From Callorhinchus milii (Eukaryota): a DNA stretch of 64,000 bases. A program made the position numbers and the translations under genes. Position 1 is the stretch's first letter; each line of letters opens with the position of its first letter. Below are positions 51,161-64,000 of the stretch, one piece after another. A model generated the notes under the pieces. That model was not told where the DNA came from, made no database searches, and was given only the letters and a program-made list of their open reading frames with translations. Where the stretch lies: the NCBI RefSeq assembly GCF_018977255.1, contig NW_024704743.1:9674001-9738000 (forward strand). Direction: 5' to 3'.

Positions 51161-54100
51161 AAATAACGCTATCCACTTTGCCTCACTGGCCTCTTGGATT
51201 ATGGAAGAGTGTGGAAGTTGAATCTCCTCCGCACTTCATTGACTCTTCCAATGGAAATTAAATGTAGTTATTTACAAGCTAATCTATCTTTTGAACCTCT
51301 CGATTCTTTCAAGCTCAATTTTCTGAAAAACTGTTTTGTTAGCAAGACCTGTGGAAAACCATTTTTCAAATTGACGCGCCACAATTTTATACCATTCCTC
51401 AACTCAATCTTAAATTTAAAAGTGAATTGTCTTAAGGCTAAAACAGAGTGCAATTTTGGGCTTATGGCCAATGCCTGAACTCAAAGAATAAGGAAATCTA
51501 TCCAGTAAATGTCATGTATCCCTTTCTTTTTCTCCCATTTTCAAGGTTCTGGGAAGTTTTATACAAGTTTTAATATATAACTTTTTTCAGTTAAACAAAA
51601 TCCTAAAACAAAACATCTCAATCGCTACAATTATATTTGATTGTGGTGTCTGGAATATCATTTGCAACACACTAGAGTTCCTATTTTCTGTTTTTTGGAA
51701 GGAGGGTATTATCTTCTTTTCAGTACCTCAGTACTTGTACTACATAGAATCTGCGATTGGGAGAGCAGATGGGTGAAGTGCTTCTGGACAAGCTATTTCT
51801 GCACTTCAGCCAGCCACGAGGATGCATGACTTTTTCTCGGATTTTCCTTACCGCCTTGGAGAGCCATCTGCCTTCAACTTGGCATCATTCCAACAGTATA
51901 GCTGATATTGGCACAGGACAGGGGAAAACTTAACCTATGTACTATATAGCATTCTTTTTGAGATTAATCCAAGTATTTTTAAATACCTTCTTATTAACTT
52001 GTTGATTTTAAAAATGCTCTTCTGTTAGTCCTATTCCGAATTAACCGTTTAATCTTATTGGAGTATGTAGAAATGGTTGTCCACTGTTCCTCCTGTATAG
52101 CGTTGTCTAGTTTACAGTCTGTAGAAATCCTTAGTGGTTAGTATTGAACAATGCCGATACCAAATTTACAACAAAAAAAATTATCATCTTGTGATGCCTA
52201 AAATTGTGTGTGTATATCTATGTGCACACAAACAATGTTTCTTATGTTTTTTCTGTTACCATCGTGTTAATGTACTAAAAATCCCAATGTTTCTCTCTGT
52301 AGAATATTTCAATGCTAATGTTTTGGTTAAACATTCAGATATGTGGCCAATTTCCTGAAATAAAAACATTACTTGGGAATCTTCTTTCTCTGTCACCTTT
52401 TATTATATTGTTAGTTAGAAGTGAGGTTTTATTGTAAACATCAGGATTGTTTTGATCTGCTATATTTTAGTGATGTAGACTTGTGTTTGTAAGTAAACTT
52501 ACATAAATAGGTCTCCTGCACAGCCGTTGTTATACTGTATCTGCTTGTCCCAGTCATTCCATATGCCTGTTAGACGCAATCTAACTGGGTTATTAGCATG
52601 CCCTCTCCCTGGTATGTCCCTGGTTTTGCTTTTTCCTCATGCCTCAGTAGATTATATTACTGCCTGCCAATGCGTGTTCCTCCTGTTCTTTCTTGCATGA
52701 TTTTCTTACTGACTATTGCATCTAATATGATAGTGGTACCTTGAACTATTTTCTCAATTCATTACTATTCACTATATGTACAGGAAAATTCACCTTGAGC
52801 TTGCCTTTACTGAAATAAAAACAGAGGAAACAGCATGCACCTACATTCAGGACTGATAAATTTATTGCTTGACCTCTCTTCACTGATTCTTCCCCATACA
52901 AAAAGTGCATTTTAAATAAACTAAACCTGTGCAAAAGAAAACTGAGAAAGTCTTGTCATTTCTAAATTGGAAAGTTAATATTTAAACGACTTGAAATTGA
53001 TGTTTTTAATAAAATGGTTGGACTTGGTTCAGGTATTTTAATTTTATCAATGAATAGTAGGCTTGATTTGGCAAATAAATGGCTAGTTTATGGTCAAACA
53101 GTTATGACCATGACCGTTTGTGGTCTTCTTTGTGGTAATGGGTTTGAATTCTTGCGAAAGCTGACATTAGAATGAAATTAATGTTTATTTGGTGAGCTTC
53201 TACAGTTCTGGTATATTTAAATGTATAGATACTTCAGGCGGGGGGTGAGGAGGGGTAGAGGCATATCATTTGTATTGTACCTTCCTTGTTGGTTAATCAA
53301 AGTGACATTGTGGTTAGTGGCTTATACTAACTAACAAAGTATATGCAAAAGTGCATACTGGAGGATGGGCAGAAAATGTTCCAATAAAATTAGTGCCCCC
53401 AAGTCAAATTTTTTTGCATCACCGATTTACTTGATAAACCAAGTTGAAATGAAGAATTGTTAAAATTTATAAGTAGCAAAGGAGATTGACCTGAGATCAG
53501 TATACGTTTCTGTCCACGTATCCCTCTCCCCATTGCCCATCGTGGGATAGGCTACTTCATTAATAATATATACATTATATATTTATTTCATTTTATAAAC
53601 AATAATTAAAATTAAGGATTTTGTTTTGTAAATTTGAATTTGTTTTAAAAAATGGAGTTAATGCTCACATTATATTGGTGGCTGTCAACTTGAAAGCAAC
53701 CCCAACTGTCTTATAGAAATGCCCACAGTATAGTAGTACTGTAATGGTTATAAATCTGCTGGGCATTGACTAATTACTTTTTTATGCTTTATTTACATAA
53801 GTGGTTATGTTATTCAAACTTCTTAACTCCTATGCATTGCATTATACTATGACTGGAGGGCACTGGAATATTTCTTTTGTTAGCACAAAAGTCTTTTAAA
53901 AACATCATCTTTTATGATAGGTTTCTTTTATGCTAGATGTCTATGATCAACCAAATAAAAGCAGTCAAATCAAACTAGCAAATCATTTTCAAAAAGTCAG
54001 GGTCACAATTATTATTTTAGATTTTCTGGATGCTTTATATTTGAAATTCTTTTTAATATCCTACTGTTTTCGGGATGTCACTACCAAATCATGGCTTTGA

Positions 54101-54719
54101 GAAAATGTGGATCAAAAATTGAATATTGAATGATGAGATATTAATTTCTTTTGTGTTGGAATGCACAGTTGATTGGTTGAACTGCGGACATTTTCACTAT
54201 TTGATTAATTATACATGTCGTGAAGCTGTAGAAACAGAGCATTTGTAGTGGCTTTATCAAAAAAACTGCTCTTGGTTGATGAGCTGATTTCAAATTTTAT
54301 GGTACATTTTTTGTTAAACAATTGTGCAATGAAAAGAAAAAGAATAGTGTTTGCTGGAACAGTGGTCCAGTTTAACTGCTGTGGATATTTGGCTTGAACT
54401 GACAGAAACCAGAATGTGAATGAAGTACTTCACCCTTGTGTTGTGTTACTTGTCAGAATTTGTGGAATGGGGATATACCAACTGTCTACACATCTATCAT
54501 TCATTCTAGTTGGCTATAAATAATCCCTTAGATTGCAGAAGTTTTGCGAGGGATCTGGAAGCACTGACAACTTCTGATTTGGCTGATGTAGGTCGTAGCT
54601 CAAAGGACTGGGGATCCTCCAGTGGCACTCTGAGGATGGCATTGCAAAGACAAAGTGTACAGATTAGTCTATCTGTCCTATTTCGGCTGTCGCTATGATG
54701 TGCCTTCTGTTAATTCCAG

Positions 54720-54864
54720 GGAGGCTGCTCGTGAATGTCGCAAAAAGAAGAAAGAATATGTCAAGTGTCTTGAAAATCGAGTGGCTGTGCTTGAAAATCA
54801 AAACAAGACTCTTATCGAGGAGCTCAAGGCCCTAAAAGACCTGTACTGCCATAAAACAGATTAA
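54720..54864 (+). CDS. CREM: CREM last exon Ia, bZIP DNA-binding domain I: EAARECRKKKKEYVKCLENRVAVLENQNKTLIEELKALKDLYCHKTD*
   Basis: Acceptor aattccag|G in phase 2, 145 nt to TAA. CREB-like basic region and leucine zipper. Confidence 0.97.
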
Positions 54865-55151
54865 CAGCTTCAAACTGCCACTTTCATACCTTTTGAACTC
54901 TGATCCAGGCATGAGAAGTTGCAGTTCCATGGACTACCAGGTGGAATTGGGACAGGGACACGTTTGAGCATGATGTACTCCAATTTGCTTTGCATTTTAA
55001 CCTAACCTATGAATTCAGTCTGCAAATTGGGGGTGTGGGCAGAAAGAGAATCATGTTGACAAAATCATGCTGGAATATTTCCAGAAGCCCTGATGTTGCA
55101 TAGCATATCAAGTATTTCTCGTTCCTTCTTTTTTGCTTCTGCTGTTTGCAG

Positions 55152-55296
55152 GGAGGCTGCCAAAGAATGTCGACGTCGAAAAAAGGAATATGTAAAGTGT
55201 CTGGAGAGTCGCGTTGCAGTGCTGGAAACCCAAAACAAGCAGCTAATCGAGGAACTCAAAACTTTGAAAGAACTTTATTGTGATAAATCAGAGTAG
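55152..55296 (+). CDS. CREM: CREM alternative last exon Ib, bZIP DNA-binding domain II: EAAKECRRRKKEYVKCLESRVAVLETQNKQLIEELKTLKELYCDKSE*
   Basis: Long polypyrimidine tract, acceptor tttgcag|G in phase 2, 145 nt to TAG. EAAKECRRRKK and CLESR are DBD-II diagnostic residues. Confidence 0.97.
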
Positions 55297-56060
55297 TATT
55301 TGTAAACTTGAGTTCTGACCATTTTTGATGTCTACAGAGCTTTCTTTGAAGATGAAGCTACTCCAAGCTTCAGACTGCTTTTTATTTTTTTTAAATTTTT
55401 TTTTGCTTTGCAAAACTAGGTAAACAACATTGGAACCTTTAACCTGTAACATTCCTCAAAGTTATTCACAGTAATATATTTTGTTAAGTGTTTGTTGTAT
55501 TACTAAAATTTTGTGAAAAAAGAACAAAAAAACTTTTGTAAAAACTATTAGTTAAGTGTGTATATACATAATGCCATACCCTGTTACAATGCAATGCAGT
55601 ACTTGCTGAAGTTCTATTTGTTAAGCATTATTAATATTTTTATGTGTTGCTCATATGCTGTCTGGAGAATACAATGTAATTATTTTTACAAGTGTTTATT
55701 GCTTTTTTAGTACCCTATTATATCAATATAAATCCTTAAAGTATGTAAGGTAATACAGTAGAAACAATTCAGATGAAATTTGCCCTATATGAAAATGCAA
55801 CTGTACCTTTAAAAAGGAGAATTTAGAAAAGAGAAAAGTATGTTATTGGCTAATTATATGTAAAGAGAGTGTTATATTCAGTATATTTGCTGAACAGTTG
55901 GAATTTTTGATTAATTTCTGACTTTTTTTATACATGTTATTCTGTGAAACAGCTCTGTACTGCTGTCAGTCTATCGCTTATGTAGTTGAAGGATTGCAGA
56001 TTTTAATAGAACCACATTGGTTATAAAAAACCTTATGTTTTTTGCTTCAGTTTAAAGAAA
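55297..56060 (+). other. CREM: Probable CREM 3' UTR (AU-rich, free of recognisable repeats)
   Basis: Follows the DBD-II stop and is U-rich. Pumilio-type TGTATATA at 55559-55566. Only variant poly(A) hexamers seen (AATAGA at 56005, TATAAA at 56022). 3' end is a guess. Confidence 0.5.
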
Positions 56061-58126
56061 AATGCAGAGTATTTGGTTGCTTTGATTTAATTAGTCCGTA
56101 ACTGCACTTCTGAAAAAAAAGTATTGGTTATAGAATCTTACAGAACAGAAGGAGGCCATTTGGCCCATTGTGCCTGTTTGAAAGAGATCTTTGAAAAAAC
56201 TATACAACTAGTCCCACTCCCCTGCTCTTACCCTAAAGCCCTGCAATTTTTTTTCCTTTTAGGAATTGGGAGCAGGAGTAGGCCATTCGGCCCCTCGAGC
56301 CTGCCGGACCATTCAATAAGATCATGGCTGATCTTCTAACCTAGAACTCCATCTGCCCGCTTTATCCCCATATTTCTTAATCCCTCTAACTTTTAGAAAT
56401 GTATCAATCTCAGTTTTGAATATATTCAAGGACTTTTTTTCAAGTACCTATTCAATTCCCTTTTGAAAACTATCAAATCTGCTTCCACCACGCTTTAAGG
56501 TGGTAGATTCCAGATCACAACAACTCTGGTTAAAAAAAANCTTCTCGTTTCCCCTCTGGTTCTTTTGGTTTCAACAACAACTTGCCAAGTGTGAAAATTA
56601 AGGTACAGTACTTTCCTTTTCCCTACTGGATGCACTTGTAGTCATCAATTTCTGAATCTGTGGAAGTTATTTCAAATACTTGAAATGTTTTGGAGTTTGT
56701 TTCGTATGACTTAGAAAAAATGGGAACTATTTTAAGAACCTGTCCTTTCAATTCATAATTGATGCAGAGACAGGCCACAGTTTTCAAGAATTTTTTTTAA
56801 GGAAATTTATACATGTTAATTTTTAATTTTAGTAGAATACGTAGAGGTTGAACAGATAAGATTTTTCTCCACCTTTTAGGAGAAAATACTCCTGAGAATT
56901 TTTGTACTTGACAGATGATTTTCCCTTGGCTTGGTTTCCTTTCAGACCCTAATTCTTGCTATTTTCCCATTTTTATTCAAACAGGTAATGTGGTTTTTTG
57001 CCTCACACAATAGAAATAATTTGGGATTTTTATTTTGATCCTAAGGATTCGTTTTCGTTAGATCTAGGAATTGCTTTAGTGGACTTACTCAACGTTTTAT
57101 TTTTGGTAATGTTGAACTTTTGAACTTAGGTGGTGCACAATCAGCACCACTTTATTTCATTTTCAGGCTTTCAGAATCCATTGGAGCATGAGCTGGATTT
57201 TGACTATGTGTGTGTGTATGGTCACTGGAGGTCAATGATCTTTAAAACATCCACAGTAGTAATAATAAATAATTCTTGCATTTGATTTAGCCCCTTATCA
57301 CATCATCGAGATTCTCAAAGCGTTTCAAAGGATATACCATAAAGTGGCTTTGACTGTTTATTTTGTAGACAAAATGTAGACCTGAAATAGAAGGGATTCC
57401 TGGTATTTTGTTTACCCAACAGTATCACCTTTTATTTTAAATCCTTATGTTGTGGGTGACACTGTCCAGGCCAGCGTTTATTGTCCATCCTTGAGAAGGT
57501 GACAGACGCATTCCCTTTAAACCAACAATAACAACTTGAATTTATATAGAGGGCAGCATCTCTGACCACTTAAAACCACTCCAGTCATTTTAGTGATAGT
57601 TCTTGCAAGACAGTTTGGGGTACGAAGTTCCAGGATTTTGACTTAGCGATGATGAAAGAATGGTGATGTATATCTAAGTAAGGATGGTGAATAACTTGGC
57701 CAAGAATTCATTGTTGTTGGTGTTCCCTACTAATACCTGGGATGAGGACATCTTAATATTAAGTTCCTCTCTAGAACAGTCTTTCATCTCTCTTAAGAAA
57801 AATTCTTCATCATTTATTCGAGATCCACACACCTTTACTTGAGCAACAGTGTATGTGGGTTGGTTTCACTAACAATTACAAAGTGCTTTATTTTTGGCTT
57901 GAGTTTGGGATGGGGGGGCGGGGAGAAATAATTTACCTAATATCTGCATTATTTTGTTTAGTTTGCTACTTGCTTTGCAAAGATGTATGTTTGCTGGTGC
58001 TACTCATATTGAATTTCATTCTCTTTGGAGACCAGGCTGAAGTAATTTTGGAGCAATTAAGAGAATCATACAGAGCATGTTGGTCATTCCTGGAAAAGCA
58101 TTCTGAGAGGACTGAGAAACAATCAA

Positions 58127-58920
58127 GACCGAGGCTCTCCTGATTGGCTCGCCTCAGCACCTCAGGCACTGGCATCATCAGCATCCACAGTTGCACACTC
58201 CACCTCATCAAGCCAGTTAGGAACTTGGGCATCTTGGACGACCCTCAACTGTTCTTTCTCCCCCGTATCTGTGCCATGACCAGTTCTGCCTCCCCCCACG
58301 TTCGCAACATTGCCCAACTTTGCCACTGCTTCACCCCTCAGGCCGTCAAAATCCTCATACACGCATTTGTCACCTCAAGGCTCTACGGAAACTCCCTCCT
58401 TGTCGGCCTTCCCAATTCTTCCCTCCACAAGCTGCAGGTCATCCAGAACTCTGCAGCTCGTGTCCTCTACCGCACCAGGCTCTGTGACCCCATCACCCCA
58501 CTCTTGCCCGGCTCCACTGGCTCCCCATCCCTCAGGATAGAATTCAAAATCCTTGTCCTCACTTTCAAGGCCTTCCATGGCCTTGCCCCCTCCTTCATCT
58601 GTAACCTACTGACCCCCTGTCAAACTGTCTGCTCTCTCTGCTCAGCAGGCTCCGCCCTGCTCCAGGTCTCCTGCCCTACTATCAGCAGCTGGGTTTTCAG
58701 TATCTCTGCACCTACTCTTTGGAACTCCATCCCACAATCCCTTCGCCTTACTCCCTCTCTTGCCTCCTTCAAGGCACAGCTCAAGACGCTCCTTTTTGAC
58801 CATGCCTGCAGCCGCCCTCCCACCACCTCTGAACTTCCTCATCCCAAACCTGCCCCACACGCTTGGATCCTGATCCCTGACTATTTAGCATCTTAGGACG
58901 TCCTCCCAATGTGAAAGGCT
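58127..58920 (+). mobile_element. L2 LINE ORF2 C-terminal fragment and 3' end
   Basis: 250-aa ORF with VRNLGIL, HAFVTSRL, QNSAAR, RIEFKILVLTFKA, APTLWNSIP. Confidence 0.9.
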
Positions 58921-61104
58921 TAGCAAGGTTGGATTAGCTGGAGTTAGTAAGTAACCATCCTCTTGGTCCAAGGGTATCCATCTCAAAGAAAATATCTGTG
59001 TTGCCATCATCAAAGTTTTGTAGGTGTGAAGCAAGATGACAACTGTGATCTGATAGGACAAGAGTCAGGGTTTGTTTCCTGGTCTTTGCCTTAATGCTAT
59101 ATCAAAGGATTTAGATCTGTCTGTCCAAAACTGGTCAAATGAAATTAGGTCACCAAAGATCTCATCTGAGGCAAAATTTACTGGTGAAGTTTCCATTCCA
59201 AGGCTATTTGGTTAATAAGAGAAATTAGACCGTCTAGATGGGCATCTTAAAGAACACAGGCAGTTTCAGTTTAGTTCCATGATCTTGGATTGTAGAATTG
59301 TTTGTGGATGAAGATTCCTTGGCAGGAGAGATTTATGCATTCATTTCCACTGTTCGTCTTTGCACTATTTTACAGAGTTTAGGAACACTACTGACCATGG
59401 AAGACTTGATTTTGAGAGTTCTGGCACTGAAAGCTTCTTGCTCTAAAAACAGCCCATCATAATATTGTCAAGGGAGTTCCTCCTAATTTAAATGTATGGT
59501 CAAATTGACAAAAAATACACACCCTTCTCCATTTCTGATTGACAGTTTAACTTGCAGAAACTAGGACTATTATTATTATTATCATATATTGTCTTATCAG
59601 ACACATTATTGTCTTCTAGGAAACTTCATGTAAAAGGTGAACAATTTTCATTAAAAACACTTCACTTATTTGTACCGTGATCATCACTTAAGTGATGTTT
59701 ATCATCTTGACCTATATGTAGGACTTGCCAGGTCTTAAGTTCTCTTAAATTCACTCATTCTCCATGGGAGTAGGTATTTTATAGTGTGACGATGGAACAA
59801 TATCCCATGATAGACCAAAGGTGGAGCGGAATGTAAAGTTTTTCCTTTTATTATTCAGATCGTTACTTCTTAGTCCTTTCCTTAGTTTTCAGTAAATTGA
59901 TTCATTTGATCTTATAGGTTTTCTGAACTTCTGTTTCTTTCACCACACTTGCATTAGATTGTCCAAATCTTTTGTGGCATCTTGGTAGGAACATTCTTAC
60001 ACATTGCCTATATTCCTATCTCTTTCTGAGTTTCACTTATCTCAGAGAATTACAGGGTCTAAGTTCTATTTGCCTCTTCAGAAATCAAAATTATGAAATC
60101 CAGTATTTCTTAATGTAATTCAATCCTGAAAAACAAAAGCAGTTTCATCTAGACCTCCAGATTAATAAATTAATATTATTTGCTGCATGGAATATTTATC
60201 CACAATTCAAGATGGAATAAACTGATTTTAGATAATTTATTGCAATGTGTATCTGAATTTTATATTTCTCCTTCTGTTTGGGTGTTATCAATGCATGTTC
60301 AATTGAATCCCAATGACATATCATCCTTAAGTGTATGTAACCCACTTGATTATATTCAATGTCTCATAGGAACCAAGTGCCAACTTCTATACCAGTGGTT
60401 TATTTTTCCTTCCACATTACAATCGGATATGAAACTCAAAGGTTGATATCTAATTTCTCAGGTAATCTTAGGAACTGTTGATGCCAAGATATTGAAAGAA
60501 ATATCTGAGGGCAAACCAACTCATTTAGATCTTATTGGTTTGGATGAAGACCAAGAAGCTGAACCTTTCAGTGGAAGGATGGTAATGATAATACATTCCT
60601 TGCATTTGATATAGCTCTTTATCACGTCGTTGAGACGTCTCAATGCGCTTCACAGAATATATTGTCAAGTGAATTGACTGCATATTTTGTGGGTGAAACG
60701 TGGCAGCCAATTGCTCACAGCAGTGTCCCACAAACAGTCGTTGATTTTTTTTGAGATATTATTACCCTCGCGATGCGCCAATGGACCGGGTTCCTACTTA
60801 TTGATAGGTAAAAAGAAATGTGTGGGGTAAGGAAACTTGTCTAAGGTTTCACCCCACTCTGGAATCAAGCCTGGGTACTCTCACTTGTGAGGTGAATATG
60901 CTAACCACTATGCTACAAGCCTCTATAGTATAGTATTGTGTCTCTCCTATGGTATAAGAGAACCTAAATGAAGTGATTAGAAACTGGGAGAGAGAGATTT
61001 GCTTTCCATGTAGACATTCTGATTATTAAGAAGGTAAGTGTTTCGAGAAATTGGAAAACTTGCACTGTATCAATAAAACCTTTAAAGGTGAAATCAGAGC
61101 ATTT

Positions 61105-61317
61105 TAGGCCTGAAATTCCATGTAGTGTTAGCCAGTAAGATAGTTTTGTCTTCAAACTTAGATCTGTGGGAAATTCAATCTCAATTTTAAAGCTGGTTTC
61201 TTTTCAAGAACTCCTTCAAATTAAGATTGGATTTAAGAATTTTCCACAATTCTGTGCAATTTTACATTTTAAGACAAAATAGTCTTACAGGATGAGGATG
61301 ATTGAATTTCAGGCCTA
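61105..61317. mobile_element. MITE-like hairpin element with perfect 14-bp terminal inverted repeat
   Basis: TAGGCCTGAAATTC (61105-61118) and GAATTTCAGGCCTA (61304-61317), with further internal inverted similarity. Confidence 0.8.
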
Positions 61318-64000
61318 TTGTTGGATCAGTGTAGAGAGAGCTGGTTGTACTGTACCCGATAAGCTTCATAAGTGCTTCATTCTGACACTGTGCCAGAAGT
61401 GGAAAATACTTCCCTAATATTGATATCCTTTACCTTACTGCAATAGCATTGCTATCTAATACTTCTCCGCAACACTAGGTCTTAGTCTAACGAGCTATCA
61501 TTTCCCTTCACTATGATGTTTGTTCAACAGAAGCAGGAAGCAACAATTGCTTAATGCAGACCACTTAAGAACATAAGATACAGAGACGCAGACAGGGAGA
61601 CAGATACAAACAGACAGACGTACAGAGACACAGGCATACGGAGCGACACACACATACAACAAGAAACGTAGAGACAGATTCCTCATCGCTGGCTGTATTA
61701 TTGTGTTAAAATTGATCCGAATTTTTACATTGCCTATTTACATTGCCTAGTAACTAAAAATATTGTCAAATTAAGTAATACAGTTCCACAATTTTAAACA
61801 TAAGATTTCTGCATGATTCTTATGGGTTATGTTTCTGGAAGGCAACACAAAACTATTCTGCAGCCCTTGAACGTTTCTCAAATCCGGCATCCGCCATACG
61901 GTTGGACCATCCTGGCCTAGACATTTTCAAGTCAAAGGCCTTGTGACCAGAATGTAGATATCACAATTAGTTGTACAGATTAATACAAAATACTGCAATA
62001 AGATCATCTACATAATTAGATTTTTTGTAAGATGAGGGCAAAGAAAATGTATTGTAATAGAATTTTGCAGCCCTGATTACTTCCCTATTGTCAGATTTAA
62101 ATGGAGTCTGAGATTAAAATGATGCGAAATGAAATGGTTTGCTTACAATTATAATGTCAATCTTGCTGAAAACATTTTTTTTTGCACAGTATATGATACG
62201 TCGATGCACGTTTACAAAAGTATTTTCAATGCTGAGGGAGTACAATTCTCTGATTATGCTGATGGCTTGTTTCAAATTTGCATTGCTTGTAGCAGGTCAT
62301 CCATCTCTTGTTAGCTGTTCATGGGACATATCACAGAAATGATACCCAGAAAATGGAAAAGGAGAAAATATATTCTCAAAGTGGGACTTTCACCTTTAGA
62401 AAATGAAAAATCCATTTTATATGGACAATATATTTCATTCTGAATAAATGATTTCATCAGTTTTTTTTTAAGAAGGATATGCTACTCTTTCGAATGCTAG
62501 AGGGAATGCCAAGCTGCAGCTAATCAATCATTCACTAACAGGCTGGAGATTCATCAACACCACAGTCCTGGAGTAAATTGCAGTTATGGGGAAACGTGTA
62601 TGCCTGATTTCCCCATAATCATAAAGAAGTTACATGTACATTGTACAGCTGTGCTGTGATAATGTCTCAATTGTCCCTGGTTGCTGTGTTTCATTATTTA
62701 GAACTGATGGTTAGAGATACCTTGGGAGCTGACGTTTCCATACATCTGGCCCTGGTGTGAAGTCATGACACTGCTCTTCACTGACATCATGAATAGCAAC
62801 AATGTCCTTCCATTCAAGATGTCACTGGAGTGAAACTGCACCATGTCACACAAGAGCAGTTCTGTTCTTGAGACTGTCAACACAGAAAAAAGGCCAATTA
62901 AAGGACACCAGTTCATAGAATCATAGTAATGACAATATAGGAGGCCATTTGGCACATCAAGTCTAGGCTAGTATCAGCTCTTCCAGTGGAGTTAATAACA
63001 TTGAAGGATTATTTTTTATTGTAAGGAAACAAAAACAACTTGCATTTATATAGCGTCCTTCATCTAGGGTAGCATCTTGGAGTGCTTGACAGTGGCGGAG
63101 CCTGGCTCCAAGCCGGGGGGCGGGAGGAGGTGAGATCGAAGAGGAAGGTCTTCAGGTATGATCTGGAAAAGGGGAAGGAGGGAGCAAGGCAGAGGGATTA
63201 AAGCAAGAGTTCCAAAGTTTCAGGGCGTAGTGGCTGAAAGCTGAAAATACACATCAGCAGAACACACTTCCTTCCCCATTCGTATTTAGCAGTAATTCAA
63301 ATGGAATGTGGCAGTATAAAAAGCAGAAACGTTTGCTGCTCTTTGGTTATATTTCATCCTATGTTCACCACAAAATACAGTCACTACACTTAACAATAAA
63401 TCCTGGGAATCCCTTTGACACGTCCTCCTGACATGAAAGCTACTATATCGAATGAAAGGATTATTATGTACTACTGCTGAAATGTTGGAGTTCAAAAATG
63501 TATTCTTAGACTATGTTCAATACCTGATTCCGAATAAGGTGGTGCTTTATTTACCCTCCTTTCTTCCTATTGTCTGGAAACATTTTGGCATTTAGACGTC
63601 TGACAGATATGTAAACTCATGACGGAAAGTGCAGTCGAAGAGGTAAGTATTAAGGAGGACTTTAAATGAACACGTTTTTCAACAAAAAAAGGTTTTGAAG
63701 GATAACACACTTAAGCGGATGATTTTCTCACTATAAACCCATGTGATCAAAATTTGCTACAACTGCAGTAAGAAGAATCTCTCACCTTTTGTAAAATTAT
63801 AGGGCGTCACTATACAATAAATCTTGTGAAGTGCTTTGAGATGTTTCCTGATGTGATAAGGTACTATATCAGACCCAAGGATTATTATTAATAATTGTAA
63901 TATATCAGAAATGGATACCTTGAAAAACATTTGATTTTCTTGCAGAGCAAAGTAATGCATTTGTGCCCCTGTTGAAAATATTTGATAGATTATCAACAGG

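Noticed and set aside
13342..55296. CREB1 or ATF1 instead of CREM
   Set aside because: The MTMETVE start, FFVPGSQVVVQ, ATGDMPTYQIR, the ICER-like exon with CAREs and two tandem bZIP exons are CREM features.
25466..56540. Single N bases at 25466 and 56540
   Set aside because: Both follow poly-A runs and are sequencing ambiguities. They are a reminder that single-base claims such as the ATA need read support.
61570..61680. GACA/GAGACA-rich stretch and its antisense ORF
   Set aside because: Low-complexity decayed microsatellite.
62584..62618. 11-bp stem hairpin TTATGGGGAAA/TTTCCCCATAA as a miRNA or terminator
   Set aside because: Too short for a pre-miRNA; more likely a decayed palindromic repeat.
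62702..62890. Possible coding exon after an acceptor-like ttatttag
   Set aside because: Stops in all three + frames within 60 nt and no clear donor.
1..64000. Prokaryotic-type systems (CRISPR array, operon, defence island, retron)
   Set aside because: Spliced vertebrate gene with LINE/SINE-filled introns. No repeat-spacer array, and the RT-like ORFs are L2 and CR1 relics.

Overview
Eukaryotic (vertebrate) genomic DNA, not prokaryotic. The window holds essentially the whole CREM (cAMP-responsive element modulator) gene on the + strand. A CpG-rich promoter lies at ~0.4-2.1 kb. Seven coding exon positions follow, all with GT-AG junctions that keep frame: 13342-13455, 15930-16076, 21593-21693, 30027-30169, 31048-31236, 47852-48008, then either of two tandem alternative bZIP last exons, 54720-54864 or 55152-55296. 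Either route gives a 331-aa CREM-tau-like protein. An intronic ICER-type promoter and first exon sits at ~39.6-39.7 kb, but its expected start codon reads ATA instead of ATG. A second cluster of CRE half-sites followed by a splice donor at 46.65-46.8 kb suggests a further internal promoter. Introns are filled with L2 and CR1 LINE relics, tRNA-headed Deu-domain SINEs with L2-type tails, a hairpin MITE family and an internally deleted Gypsy-like LTR element. That repeat complement points to a cartilaginous fish (inference). Most ORFs in the supplied track are repeat fragments or noise. Comparisons with mammalian CREM and with repeat consensus sequences are from memory, not from database searches, and repeat boundaries are approximate.
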